From Aplysia californica (Eukaryota): 64,000 nucleotides of DNA. This document shows, one piece after another, positions 1 through 15,100 of the stretch. The notes below the pieces were generated by a model. It saw only the letters and a program-made list of their open reading frames with translations. It did not search any database and was not told the DNA's origin. The translations under genes were made by a program, and so were the position numbers. The stretch lies in contig NW_004797336.1 of the NCBI RefSeq assembly GCF_000002075.1, positions 1,428,432-1,492,431 of the forward strand. Reading direction: 5' to 3'. Each line of letters starts with the position of its first letter. Positions within the stretch are counted from its first letter, which is position 1.

Positions 1-78
1 AAGCACATTGTCAATAGTTTTCTGATCAAATTGGCATTCTTTTCATGAACAACTGTAGAAAAGACAAAAAGAACTCAC

Positions 79-182
79 CCGATGAAGTCCTGGACTGGCG
101 ACTCCTGTGACAGTAAGATGAGGTCACTCACATGGTTTATGATGAGCCAGGTCATGTGCTCTGCATCACTCAGGTTCTCACA
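79..182 (-). CDS. HTT: HTT coding exon 37 ([17 protein letters not shown]...PVQDFI)
   Basis: HTT motif, AG/GT. Confidence 0.95.
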
Positions 183-3100
183 CTGGAAATGTAAAAGAGA
201 AGGGCTACAGGAACTGTCGATGTATGTTTCTTAACACATTCCACCCTAAGGGCCTGGACGGGAAGTCCATTGTTAGATCCTAAGCAAGGGGAAAGAACCT
301 ACCTCCCCTGAATACTAGCCTATAAAAAACATATTTTAAAAATACTAAACAAATTCCAAAAATCCTGAAAAAATAAAAGTTAAAAAGAAAACTGAATGCA
401 GTTTCAGAAAAATATAACTTTATGTATGCGCAAACTGTTGGAAATGTTCTCACTTTAGTTCAATCGGGGTGTCCGACCCGTCACTCTCACTCTCAGCCTC
501 GCGGTCGGGCCTATATCTAAATTCTATAATTTCTCCGTCTGATCAATCGGAATCGCCCCAAACTCTTCCTACAACGTTTTCATCAAAATCTGAGCCATCT
601 GATTTGTCACATGCTCCTTTTTGCTCAAATCCATCGTTATTTCCGTTTTCGAACTCAATTGTGTCGCTTTTCAACAAGTCGAGGCACTTTCGAAGTGTCG
701 GTAACGCGATCGCACTTCGATCAGCTCTAATACTAAAACTACTAGCCCGAAAAATTTCGTTTCGGTATCAAACGAAAGAAGAAACTTTTTGCTATACTAT
801 GCAAATCAAAATCCCGGCCCCAGAGTCTCGTCAAGGCGAGACTTTCGTTTCTAAAGACGTTTGGGTCGGCGCGGGCGGTTCCGGGCGAGTCAGGGTGGAG
901 CGCGTAAGGGAATTCGCGGGCGATCCCGGGCGAGTTAGGGTGTAATGTGTTAAAATCCCAAACCCAGGGATATAAAAACCGCACTTAGTAATTACATTTC
1001 ACAATAGCTTTTTTTTTCTCCACTTCATTCATTGAAAAGCCTGTGAAAGAAATTATCGAAGTATAAAGAAAGGGTTTAAAGTAACATTTTCCTGTTGTAA
1101 TACTTTCTAAACCAAATATCCTGTCTCAACAATTGTCTGACCGAAAGGAAAGGGGGTGTCTTAAAACCATAGCTGGCATCCCCAAAAGTAGTTCATTACT
1201 CACAACATAGTCACAAAAGAGAATGAGGCCCCCACGTCTCAACATCTCAAGGCCACAGCACTGAGATGACCTCTGTTGTGGGGTCAGTGTTGCATCATGG
1301 TCCTCTGTGCTCTGAGAGTATTGGTGGCTCCTGGGCAGAAAGAAACGTTATATTATACGGACAGATCTATTTCCTGAAAGCCTTAACATTAAAGTGAGTT
1401 AAAGAAGTTAACAGAGAGCTCATGACAATTTTTTTTTCTTCAGATTACATTGCAAATCTTTTAATAATGCTTGGCAGCTTTATTCAGCTCATAAGAAAAG
1501 TATGAGCACTCTAAAAGCAAATTGATCCAATCATTATCCAGACAGTGAACTGACTATGAGTATCTAGACTCTCAACTGAGGGCAACAAGTAAAAGGAAGG
1601 GCAGAGTGTGGAAGTCTTACAAAATTAAAAGAAGAAAACTGGTGTAAACACAATTTCCTGGACAAGAGACAGTTAATTGACATATAAGAAACCTAAAATA
1701 GAGTACTGGGTAGTAAAGGTAACTTGCAATCAACGATATATCGGTAAAAATCACTTATTGTAATTCAATGCGTAAGAATCAAAATTGTATTTCCTTTTCA
1801 ACATTGCTTAGGCTTAATCAAATACTGGCCATTGCAATTCATCTATATCTTTGATAGTACAGGGTATAATTAAAGCCAGCCTTAAAACTCTCTCTGGACT
1901 CTACATTAAAAAAACCCAAAAAAACGCTAGAATCCTGTGCCACATCCCACTTGCACCAACATTGTGCCCGCTTGGTATTGCAATCCTAAGGTACAGACCT
2001 GTGAGCCATAACTTTGTACGTCGGAGGGGTCTGGACAACCGTGCTCCACAGGCTGCGGTCGTCAAAGTTGAGTAAGATGAGCACATAGCACCAGTGTAAG
2101 GTGAGGGTGGGGCACACGCTGCTGACAGCCACCATGTGCTGGTTGATTTGACGCACACTATACACACACGCGGGAGACTCCAGTTGGAGCAGGCGCATTG
2201 CTGCTGTCACCACCCGGCGGAACAAACCTGAGTAAAAAACACAAAAACATTTTTGAGCGTGACTTTGTTTTAACGTGATGATTTCAACATGGTAAAAGTG
2301 GGCTTTTAAAGTGACTGGGTCTCTTTAGCACAGCATGTTTTAATTAAATAACAGTGTAAGATCTCTATTGCTCTCATAGTTGTAAGTGTTTAATGATGCA
2401 CTTTATGTTCCACAATTTTATTCTCAAATTTTACACAAATGAATAAGCAACATTTCCCTTGTACCATACGCACATTGCACTGCAAGTAACAACATGCATT
2501 CTACAACTTATACAACTTAAGGTTCAGCTGTAGAATATTTTTAATCCACTATGTGACTTGCAGGCAAAGACATTCAACAATCAGCTTTATTAGGATAAAA
2601 GACACAGAGGAAAGTTTCTATTCTTTAAAAAGGCATTACATTGTATATTTTATAGAACAATAAATGTAAGACTTCAAAAAATATCAATGCATTCCATGAC
2701 AGCTGACTAGATCATAATAATGCGTGATACATTGCTGTGCAATACTAATAAACACAAAGTTGACACGATAGTGGCCTTATTTCCCAGAGACCAACTTAAG
2801 AAAATAGTGACACCCAAAAGAAGTAGAAGGAGCAGATACCATCAAAAAGCTGAGTCGACAGCTAATTAGTATTTGTAAAATAAATGAAAAAAAAAGGTCC
2901 TGGCATCAAGTCATACCTGACTGGAACATGTGTGTGATGTACAGTAGAAGGTGCAGAGTCTGCTGAAGCAGAAAGTGGTAGCGACTTTCTCCATCTCCAG
3001 ATGATCCTCCAGCTCCCCCACCACCGGCCGAGCTAAGCAGAGCAGTCTCTTTGTCCAACATCTCAGAACACTTGCCTATCACCTGCAGCAAGTACCTGAG

Positions 3101-6100
3101 GAAAAGAAGGGGGAGGGGGAACATGCAAATGATTGCTGAATTTTCAAAATAACTTTCAATACTAATATACTATAACTTGCTTATCACTAGCGCTCTCATT
3201 CAAAATTTTGACAATTCTACGATGAACTTCAACCATTTAAATGAAACTTCCTATTCAAATTAGTTTATGCTTTAAGCTTTTGTGTTGTAAGTCGCATATC
3301 ATAAAAGTATGAACAAAAGAGAAGCAACCATTGCATTCCTTCACTCACTACTGACAACAAAAGCCTGGTTCTGATGTTATTATAGCACCACAGACAACAA
3401 TGACTGATTACCTATGTTAATATCTCATTAGCATGGTGCAATGACTCCCGCTGCACTGAATGTCTCAATGACCAAAAGAAAGGATAAAATGTGTGACAAT
3501 CTGCAAGCGATATAGGTTTCAAGATATTGGAGTGTTCTGGGGCTTTTCCTATCCCAGTTGTGTGGAGTAAACGCTGGATAAAATACCGTCCTCACAAACA
3601 TTTTCATTGGCAATTATCATGATCTTTAATTTCTTTAATTTCAATTTCAAATAAAACTCCCCTTCAGAAAATCAAACTGATAAATAGTCTCACTCTTCAA
3701 CATCCCTCTCTCACTCACCAGGCCAGCGTTTCCTCGGGTGCCAAGTTCTTTAACACTTCAATCATGGAGCTGGTAGCTGCACTGTCAGTGTTGTCAACAT
3801 CACGAATCAGACATACATGCAGCTGTCAAAAGGGAAATACAAATACTTTACATTTAAGAAATGAATAAGGCAGGACACACAAAAAAGATCTTCATTAGCA
3901 CAACAATAAGACAAATAAGAGACCTGTGAGTTCCACAGTAGCATGGCGTGAACCTAAAAAATCAATTATCTTTGCAAACTACACTGGTTTCACATTCACA
4001 AAATATTTGGCCCTTTTATTAAATTTTGCAGTTGGCATTCAAGGATATATCAATCGTTTTGGTACATTTTCTATAGAATTTTTTTAAAGTTACTTTCTCG
4101 ATACTAGTGGCAATACATAGATGCTTTGATTACTTTGCTGTTTGACACATTTGTAATTATTCACTCATTGGTACGGTGGCTGGGATATAAATAGACAAGG
4201 TGTTCAATATGGTTTCCTTACTAATTAAAGCATAAAAGTATCGGAGGGAAATCCAGAGTTAGATGATTTATGCTAACAGAAAACGATATGCAGAGAGTCT
4301 TTACCAAGCACAATATCAGTGAACTTTACTACAAAAAGTACAAGCCTCATTCACATAAATCAATAAGCAGTACCTGCAGCTCAGAGAGTCTTGAGAGGAT
4401 GACATCTTCCTTGGACTGGGAGATGAGAACTCTCACTATAGTCAGGACAAGACACATCCACTTCTGCAGACTCTGCACTGTGCTCTAAGAAGGAGATTGG
4501 GGCAAGACAACAGTTAAACCACAGATGCTTATACACCACTTCATAATGGCTGTTTAACAAAGTGTCTCTACACAAACAGCTACATTTTAGCAAGAATTCT
4601 TATATGTCTTAACAATAAAATCTTCACATTGATGTTTGAATGTATTATTTAAAGTTAGAGGAGGTTAGGCCCAAACAATACAAACATTCTTTTTATGTCT
4701 AGTTAAAAACTTCCTCTCACATCTTTTCATACTTCAGTTGATTTCTCTTTCCGCCTAACACTCAAACTTTGTATATGCTTTTCTCTTCAACCATGCATCT
4801 GATAATTGTGCCTTGAGCGTCTCACTCTATCAATTACCAAATAAATAAAAGCTTACTATGTCATGAGGAGGTGCCAGCAAAGTCTTGAGCAAGGTGTCTA
4901 CAGGACGAAACACACTCGGCGACACAGATTCAAACAAACGATGAAGCACATCCAGAGATTCTTGGCTGCATAGGTTCATCTAAATGTCAATTAAAAAAAG
5001 ACAAAAATTTACTACAAATGATTAGAAACACTGCACAATTATATTGGATAATCATAAATAATTGGAATGTCATAATAAAATATATGCATTCATTGTTATA
5101 AAAGACTTCACATGTGAAACACCTGATCATTAGGACACATTTTCTACCAGATTATTTATAAAGAAAGGCACATAAATATGATATGTTGTTCAGGGCACGG
5201 TAAAAGAAAAGCAAAGGGAAACAAAAGAAGTATAGTCAAGAAGTAGAATCTACTTTGGACAATCTCCAACAATCCATTTTTTTCAAAATAAACAACTCTT
5301 AAAAACTTAGAGACACTGTGGGCCAGTTCTAGAGCAACAAGAAAATCACCTGCCGAAAAAGATCCCAGAAGCAATCTATCCAACATCAATTATGGTAAGG
5401 ATGCATGAAAAGCACACACACACCAGTCTGCTTGGTAGATTCAATGACTGCAACTCAAGTCTTTTAAGAATTTTGTTCTCTTATTTGTGGTAAGGGAACT
5501 GAGCATGTGATTATAGATTCAGTCAAAAAATTCAAAAAAGAAAAAAGAAAAAAAATCTTTGACTACTTCCTGCCTCATTTGTCCAGTTTTGAGAGATACT
5601 GACCGTTTGCTTTGCAAGAGCAGGAAGGACAACGTCCATGACCTGACGCGAGAGTCGTTTCCAGCGCTCCTCACTCTCCCTGTGGCACTGCTGTAACACC
5701 AGCACAAACATGTCTACAGCCTGGGGACATGAGTACAATGAGTTGTAATTCTCTGAGAATTAGTCGTGCAACGCATGAAGGTAGTTGAATTGAAAAAGGA
5801 GGAGCTAACCACACCTGAACATCCATAAACTAAAAATAGTTAGGGTCTCGAACTGGGTCACACAAAAATTTCAAGCAATGCCAAGTGACATGACCTATTA
5901 GAATGCAGCCACTGGGGAGCAGTATTTCTAAAACAAGAGCCTTCTAAAAAAACGCCCACACCCTGACCACCCACCTGATAGTACTGTACCAGTCGCAGCA
6001 GCATGGAGACAACAACCTCTCTCTGGGTCTCCAGGTCCTTGCCTACCTCAGACTTGACAGTACCACGTAACAGGAACAGCTCGTACACCACAGGTCGTAA

Positions 6101-9100
6101 TGCTGGGATGGCTGTGAGACGAACATAATGAAACTAGTCCAGGGTGGTAAAATATATGACCAACTTTGTTTTAGATAAATTTCCATTTTACTTTTAAATC
6201 AACCCCCATTTGTCACTGATTATGATTCTTGAAATTACACTTGATGCAATATGCTGTTAGGACCTTGTCTTCCAATTTGTCTAAATGTCAGAGTTCACCT
6301 CTTTATGTCAGTCAAAAAGAACAAATTAAATTTGGGTGAGGAAAAGAACCTACTGTACCACGTTGAAAGAATCTCTAGTACCCAGCTACAGCTGCAACCA
6401 TCCTCCCACCATCTTTCTCTGGTGTTCTCCTTCTTTATTTAATGATAACTGTTGTCAGCATTTGCATCACGACATAATAGGTGAAGGGGATTACAAAACA
6501 CATACTTTCTTTGGTAAACCCTTTCAGATAGCAAACTGAATTGCTTTCCCCACATTAGGCAGAAATGCATTTCTGAGAAAACCAAAGTTTCAGATAGTTT
6601 GAATGTTCAAAATGGACAATATGCACAGAGACACTAAAACCTGTTTTATCTTTCGCTGATATTATAATCACTGAGACTGTGTTACCGTGAGTAGTGGGCT
6701 GCAAGCCGCTAGCCATAATCCCGTCACAGCGGTGGATGATCCGTGGCATGTCAATGATGGACTTGCTATGGAACTTCTCATATGACAGCATAACAAGGAA
6801 TTGAAAGATGTGCGGGATGAGAAGCTCAGAGTTCCTGTAAAGTCAAATAAAACAGGCATTAGCCCAGGCTAAAAGAGCTGACAATGCTCTGATCAAATAT
6901 GAAATTATGAAGGACAAGAATTAAAGAGGTCACATTGCCAATAGCTGATATTCTACCAAATTTCACAATTTATCTCCCATTTTTTTCAGCATGAAATTTG
7001 GCCTCAAGAAGGTTTTTATACCAAAACAAAATGTCCTTGTGCCAAAAAGCAAAGAATTACACAATCAGTTCTATACTTATCCACCATTTTCTGTTCACAG
7101 ATGTTGGAAACATTTCACTATTGTCCATGTAGAGCAAAAATTTGTAAACAAAAATGGGCTTAATGTACCCAAGAAATTGAAAAAAAAAATGCAACAAATT
7201 GTACCCACCAAATCCTAATTTTCAGGTGCCCTCCCTCCTCCTATATAACTGTAAACACATTTTTTTTAAAGGAAATCCTATGTTCATCAGAAAACAGCAA
7301 AATTAAGTAAACTTACACTACTATAATTAACTGTAAAAAGCACTCAGTTGATTAACAAGCCACTGTCTGCCAATGAAGGAGAGAATGGACATACTCTGAA
7401 CATGATGCAGGCTGGAAATGGGCAAGTGACAGTGTCAATCATACAAATAAACACATCTGACTTAAACACTCTCTAGTTTGAAGAGGACCGAGACAAGGAT
7501 GATGACATTATAAAAAGTCAATGCTCTCCTACCTTATTTGCCCTTCTTCAATGTACTCAAACTGTTTCAGTACAAAGCCAATGAAGATCTGGTCAGAGTC
7601 CAGCAAGCAATAGTTCACCCTCAGTTGAATGAGCTGAGCTAGCAGGGCAAGCACTTGGCACTGAATCAGACAATAAAAGGAACATACACAAAATAAACAG
7701 CAGCCAAGGATGGAATGTTAATAGTCATCATTGTGTATAGCAGTTACAGTATGAGCTACTCTGGCTGTTTTCAGCATTTGCAAAGCAAGTGGATGTTAAC
7801 AAATGGATAAAAGTGTATAATCCATTTATTATGCATGATTATTAGGAATTAGAGCACTGTTACTGTAATGTGCATGATAAATTATCTTTTATTACAAAAT
7901 ACAACAAGTATTTGTGATGAAACTTTCAGGGGAAAGGTGTGAGGCTACACTATGGGGTAAACAATCAGAGAAGTATGGTCCAATTTCCTTAGGCGGTTAT
8001 TTAACAGTGTTTCCACCAGCTGAAGCTGAAAAGAAAGGAAAATTCAGCAGGGGGTCTGGGGGCCCAGCAGGGTCCAGGGACAGCGTCCCGGTGGGGGTTC
8101 AGGAGGCGAAGCCCCCGAAAAAATGGAAATTTAGTGCTTTTAAAGGGTTGAAAATGGCCTTTGGGAACCTGTTTGAAGAGATTGCCTAGAGCCCATAACA
8201 TTTATTTTTTCACCAACATTTTGTCTTGTTTGATTTCTTCACCAACATATCTTTCATTTGCTGGCAATGTTTAAAAGCAGGTTCCCCTTTCATTGCTACT
8301 ATAATTAAATTAATTTGTCGTCGCACCATCGATGGCAGGCAAACCTGGGAATAATGAAAAGATGTACCTTCAAAATACAATTGCGCAGCGTATACCCAAT
8401 TTTTTCTCTCAATTTTCACGTCTGAATGTCGCCTGTCACAACCTCGGAACACCACTTCAAATTATTCTTGATTTTACCTGCAGCTGGATCAGGCCGATCG
8501 CCCGACTTGATCGCCTGAAACTGAAAACGTTTGTTTTTGAGGCGACCGAGTCGGGCGATCAGCGCGATCGGCCGATCCCATCCGTAGTGGGCACGCCCGT
8601 ATTAGCATTCTTTCATCGCGGCCCCTGATATTGCGTTCACGTGCCGTAGAATCTTCACATTGATAATTTCTCTAGATCTAGACAAATTTTCGCAAAAAGT
8701 GTCTTTCTGACAGTAATTTTCTGAGATCACAAGTCAATTTACTTTATCAACGCGCAGATTTTCCAGCCGGGGCAACAATCCGAAGATAGACAGAAGGAAT
8801 GAGTGAATGACAGAAAGGAGGAAATTGGCACAAAAGGTTCGCCAGATTTTGATCCATCTGCAGGTAAAAAATGTACTGCCGACCAACCCGCAATGAATGC
8901 ATGGGACTGGTACATAGCGGTATAATGGCCGATTGTAAGAAATGCGCAATCTGGCAGGTTTCTATAACTTTAACTTGTTGCCGAGAGAATTACCGTAAAT
9001 ATCCATAACTTATACAAGACGATACGATCGCGAGAACGGAATTTCGGCAGTCCTGTGCTGTCGCAGTTTTTTTTACGGAGGGAGTTGATAATGATGGAGG

Positions 9101-12100
9101 AACAAGTACGGAACTGGCAGAAAGTACGGATTTCCGTAAAAATACAGAAGAGTGGAAGCACTGATTTAAAGCTGGAAGTAACGAACCCGGATAAGAGGAA
9201 TATATTCATATGAAGATTCAACACTCAAACAAGCTCTGATGAACAGCAAACAAAATGAGTATAGTAAGCACCTATATACATACAATATGAGACGCCAGTG
9301 AGTCACTTTTTAGCATGAGTAAATACCTGTAGTTCTAGACTTGAGGTAACTGTGTACTGCTTCAGGGACTTGATGACCAAAGGCTCAAAGAGACGAATGT
9401 ACGAACCAATTACAGACTACAAAATAAAACAAAGAAATCATATTAGAAGGTACTCAAACTCAAACATCAATATTCTGCTGGTGTCATCCATTCCCTAGAC
9501 TTAAGGGTATAAATACATGTTTACCAGCACAACATTTTTAAATGAATAAGTTCCTTGCCTCGCACATTTAAAAAAAAACTGCATTTGATTCCCGTGTGAG
9601 AAAAATATTTTGTAGAGAATCTCATCTTTCAGCAGGGTTGTACACTGCATAATTCAGCTTGTCCCTAACTGAGAGAGTGGAAGCAGCCTGCCTCCTATAT
9701 TACCTACAAACATGTACTGTAAATTACAACAAACAACTACTTAATCTGTGTCCAAACTGGCACTTTCAAGTATGTTCAGCTTTAAACACCTCTTCACGTA
9801 GCATCAACACTCTGTTGACTCTGTTGAGGCTCACAACAGGAAAAGCATTCGGCCACATTCTCTTCATCATTCAGTGCCAGAAGGACTTCCTACACATGAA
9901 AACATCAAGCCTGAGAAAGCTGAGGATTGTGACTCCAAATGTGGGCCAGGGAAGCATATAAAGAGTGACTAAAATTTTTATGTATGAATCATCCCACCCC
10001 TAAGAGAAGCATCAATAAACTGCAAATAACTATTCTTTTGTAACAGAATTGTATACTTACTGAAGTCTTCACAATGATACAACTAAATTAAACAGGAAGA
10101 TACTATCATGAAGTACATTCTAAATATCATATTGAAATCATTTGTTAACCTAAAACCAGCATGCTAAAATTAATAAGTAAAAACTGCTAATTTCTTCAGA
10201 GTGGGAGGTGGACAAAGATTCTGCTTAATGGTACTCAAAAAGATAGGAAAGCACTGTATATGTTGATTCTACTCGCCTTGTCAACTTTGCTGGATGGTTT
10301 CAGAATTGCCGGTAGTTTGCGATCCACACGTTGTTTCAACCACAAGAGAGAGCTGGAAACGGATAATGACAAAATGAGAGATAGTTAAAAATTAAATACT
10401 TTTTTATCTTTTTACATGGCAACAGATTCACATTCACATGATGTAAATGCTCTAACTAAAATCACTCCGAAAATGTAAAATTGCAATTGTTAAAACTATC
10501 TGAGATAATAAAAATGGAAAGAAAAAAACTATTTGAAGATACAGGCTTCGTGTTAAAAACCCCCAACTCATTTCATATAAAAAATAAGAAAAATTCCGAA
10601 GAGTGAAGAAGAGGAAAACAAACTAAACAATAGGAAAAACCTTCCAAATAAGAACTTAGATGGGAACTCTAGACTATATCAACGCTCCTCCAAAGAGAAT
10701 TTGCTAATACATGCTTCTCATGTCAAATTATATGATTCGACAGTTTCCCAAGGCTCTGTCTGAGCCTATCTTGAGGTTTTCTCCCAAGCATTTCATACTT
10801 CTGATTCTGGGCTAGGAACGACCGAGTATCAGTGTTCCCTGTTAAGGACAGGGGTGTAGTGTGCATGCTGCTGACATAAAAGACACTTTTGTAGTTACAG
10901 GTGGAAGAAAAGTAAGTCCTCATGAGGGCTGACCTGGATGACTTGAGATTTATCCCAAACAGAAAATGAAATTCTGATCTGCTTAACTAAAATAAAAGCA
11001 TCTAAAAAAAACTATAACTGGGCAATGGACATAATGTTCCAGCAGAAAAATAGGTCATTGTGCAAAAATTGTCTACATTGTGGATTAAAAAACACATCAA
11101 CTATCCCTGATATCTAAAGGGGGAGAACAGAAATAAGAAAGAAAAAAAAACCGAATCTTCATCTCCCACACACCTGTGTGCCTCGTCTGCGGGTAGAGTG
11201 GCCCGGCAAGCAGCTGCCACCAGGCAGTGAGCCAGCTGGGCATAGGGTCTGTTGAGGCAGTGGTGGTAGAGCCCCGGGCTGGTGCCTGCAGTGACTCGAG
11301 TTGAAACTTCGGCCAGAATTGGTGCCGCTGACTGCTTGCTGGGTTCCCACTGACTGGCGAGGTTGGTGCCAAAGAGAGCTTTCAGCAGCTGAAATGAATC
11401 CCAAAATTGGCCAAGATTTAGTATAAAATATTTATCTCGGGCAAAATTTAGAACAATGACCTGAACACAGTATTCTATATTTAGCTAGAGCAATACACTC
11501 CACTTAAACTTTCGTTAGCATACTTGCAATCTCATTTTAATAGACAATTCTTGGGTTTTAAATCACAGATCTATGCTCCAAAATAGATTTAACGAAAGAT
11601 AACTATACTTGTGAACTCAGTCCATGTCCTTAGCTAAACAATAAAAAAAAAGGAGAGATGCAACAAAGTAAAACCTCACCTGCTGGACACAAAGAACGGT
11701 CCAGGTGGGCTCCAAAGCCATGGTGACCTTAAGGTAGCCCAGCATCTCCTCAGTCACTTTGCCTACATCCTGTAGTGTGGCAACCTCCAACAACTGAGAC
11801 AGAACCCTCAGGGCTGAGCGCAGGATGGTGCAGAACTTGTCGGAGCTTGTCAGGTCCAGAGAGGTCTGCAGGAACATGCATAGTACTACATACCAAAGTG
11901 AAGTAATAGAGGGCAAATAATCATTGATGGAATTTGCTTTTTAAACTAAATTTTAAATAGTAGACAGTCAGAAAGACAGGCACACTGACAGAGAGAAAGA
12001 CAAGGGGCCTCTTGTGGTCTAGAAGTTACAGTTTCGCCTCTCAATCAACAGGTACCGGGTTCGTAACATGTCATCTGCTTTCGTCTCCACTTTCTGCCCC

Positions 12101-15100
12101 TTCCCCACCTCCCCTTTGCCCCCGTCTCTGGGCTTCTGACTCTTTTGCAGCTTTTCTACTGCTACTCCTTGGCTTCTTCTTACTGCTGTCTTTCAGCCAC
12201 ACCCCTGTTCTTATGATAGGTAAAATTTAACACCTAGTCTTCTCAGATAAGGGCAAAAAATCTCAGAGGTCAGGTGTGCAAGTGCACACCTTAAAGATCC
12301 CTTGATGGTCCTAAAATCGATAAGAGTAGGCTTCCACCGCCACCCGTGCAAAATTTTAAATTTCTACCAAACGGAAAAAGTTTCATGTGCCCTGCACACT
12401 CATATGACCTCATGCAGCTGCAAGCGCTGTAAAACATCAGGAAAAAAAGGGAAACAGAAGATATACAAATGAACAAGATCGTAAGTAGTGAAATGTAGCT
12501 AGTAAAAGTAAAGGAAATCTGAAACTTGTACGTATATGGCAAAAAGGATCTGGCGAGTGATTGAAGATTGAACCTGAACCAAAAATAATCAAAATGAAAC
12601 CCAGATCTCTGTGTCAAAGATAAAAAAGGTGTGTTTATATCACCCAGTACCAAAAATGAGAACATAATGTTTTAAATATCTCTGTGTCACTGGCTCTTTA
12701 TTTCTCACCTTGAAATTAGAGTAGGAACCTCTGAGCACATCAAACAGCTTCATGTACTGAGGAATGTTATAGAATGCTCCAATTCCATCTTTCTTCTTGT
12801 CCTTCTCCGAGTCTTTGGAATCTGAGAAGAGATAGACCATGTTATTAAAATAATTCTACTTATCAAAAATACTTGATTCAAAACCAGTGAGCCATGTACA
12901 GAATGTAGCAAAACTGATTGACACTACATCATAACAAAACAAGAGAAGAGAAGAGGCAGGAGATTTTTTTTTTTTTTGGTAAGTGTTTTACAGCGCTCGC
13001 AACTGCATAAGGTCATAAGAGCACGCGGGACACATTAAACATTTTCAGTCGGTAGGAAATTTTGAATTTCGCCCAAGCGGTGGCCGAAGCCTACTCTTAT
13101 CGATTTTAGACTACCAAGGGATCTTTAACATGCCCAACTTACACATGGGACTTCCAAGATATTTCGCCCTTGTCCCAAAAAATTGTCTCCTTTCACCTTC
13201 TGATCTGCTCTCTAGCAATGTTCTGACATCTGCTTTCATCTTCACTTTCTGCCATCCCCTTCACCTCCTTTGCCCCCTCCTCTGGGCTTCTGACTCTTTT
13301 TGCAGCCTTTCTACTGCTACTCCTTGGCTCCTTACTGCTGTCTTTCAGCCACACCCCTGATCTTCTGGTAGGAAAGATCTACACCTAACCTTCTCTGACA
13401 AGGGCGAAAAATCTCGGAGGTCGCATGTTTGCCTTTAATTCAAAGGTCCCGGGTTAGGAACCAGGTAGCCACAGAAAAAAAAAAATTTCTTTCAACCCTT
13501 TTTCTGTCACTACCCGGATTCGAACCCAGGACCTTTGAATGAGAGACGAACACCTTAACCCCTAGGCCACGAGAGCACCTGGCAGAAGATAATAGTAGGG
13601 AAGATATGAGGACATGATAGAGAAAAGAGCGGATAGGAGAGAAAACAAGAGAGAAAAAGAGAGGAAATGAGAAGAGAAAAGGAGAAGAGAGGAGAGAAAA
13701 GGAGAAAAAAGGAAGGAGAGAGGAGAAGAGAAGGAGCAACTTGAAAAAGAAGACAAGTAAAGATAAGAAGAGACAAAAAGAAAAAAATATGAAGACTTGA
13801 TACTGGCATAATTGTAAGGCTCTGCAGGTACACTGCATCAGCACATGCAGTGGGCCTTCCTGTGTCTGTCTCCTTTTTCTCTGTACAGATTACACAAAAC
13901 TAAATACTTTTGTTTGTACCTTTGCCTGGAGTTTTTTGCCCAGTCTTTGGGTCTGGTGACCCAACAGGTGCTTGTGGACTGGCATCTTTCTCCCCCTTCA
14001 TCTTCCTCCTCACTGGGCTCAGAGTGGACGCATTGGGCAGAGATGGGAGAGAGGGTTTGACTTGTGGGGGTCCAGGGTTGGTCTCCTCTATGGCATGAGT
14101 GCACGCATTAAGCAGTCTGGAGGCAAAATATAATTAGCTGTCAATCAAAATAGATATCAACTAGAATAATGTAAAGCAGCTAGGATTGAGTTTTAGCACC
14201 TAAATTTCAGGTTTCAATACAGAAAAGCTCATCAATAAAATAACAGTCAACAAGTGCTGTGAAAAGCAAGAGAGACTGATAAAAACAACAGTGGGGGTAG
14301 ATTAAAAAAAAACAAAACAGGACTTATGAGAGCCATCCACTAACCCTATGCTGTATTTCTGAGATGAACTTATAAATATTGAGGAAAATGATAAGACGAA
14401 AACAGAAAAATAGAATGTCAACTTGCAACAGAAGCAACTATTTGCAACATTATTTTCCCTCAGAACTTCAAATATACAACTGACCATTATATTTCATATT
14501 AATTTGTGTAATTTCAACATTTATTCAAAACAACAGCTAGATAAAAACAATTCCAATGCAAACGTAGATTTAAAATATCCTTCACATAATTACTGAGCAT
14601 CACGGAATTAGACTGTCACATACACGTTTCAGACTTTAAGGTTATAAAGAGAAGATAGCGACATCAGGGAATTGGACAGAGCAGCCTGCATTTTGAATCG
14701 TTTGAGAAGATGACAATTGGACAAAGTTGATTTAATCACAATACCAGAGTTGAGCCTTCAAACCTACTGCCTGTCATTAAAAATTTTTTTAAAAAGCAAA
14801 CAAATATAAACATTAACAGTTTGCTCCATGATAAATATTCTGAATCATTCTTAATCTTCTGCATTTTTCTTCTCATTCATCTTTAAACGGACATCCCAGT
14901 CTCTTGTGGGACGTCTGCTGTTCATAACACGTCCTCCAGGCTCCTGTGGAGTTTTTGGACTCTTTGCCTAGGTTGGGCCACTGCTTCCTCTAAAGCAAAT
15001 TCATGCATTGGGCACTCTTAATGATAATACTGTTTTGAAGTTTGCTAAACTCAAAATCATCATTTTATAAGAATGGAGGCACAATAAAAACCGTGGTTGA

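Noticed and set aside
469-945. 158-aa plus-strand ORF
   Set aside because: Antisense shadow of the acidic frame within the piggyBac-like element; non-ATG start.
10600-10940. Possible LINE 3' fragment
   Set aside because: Protein-like reading on the minus strand but too degraded to assign.
13440-13844. Hydrophobic Phe/Leu/Ser ORFs resembling membrane proteins
   Set aside because: Translation of a GA-rich low-complexity tract plus a SINE head.
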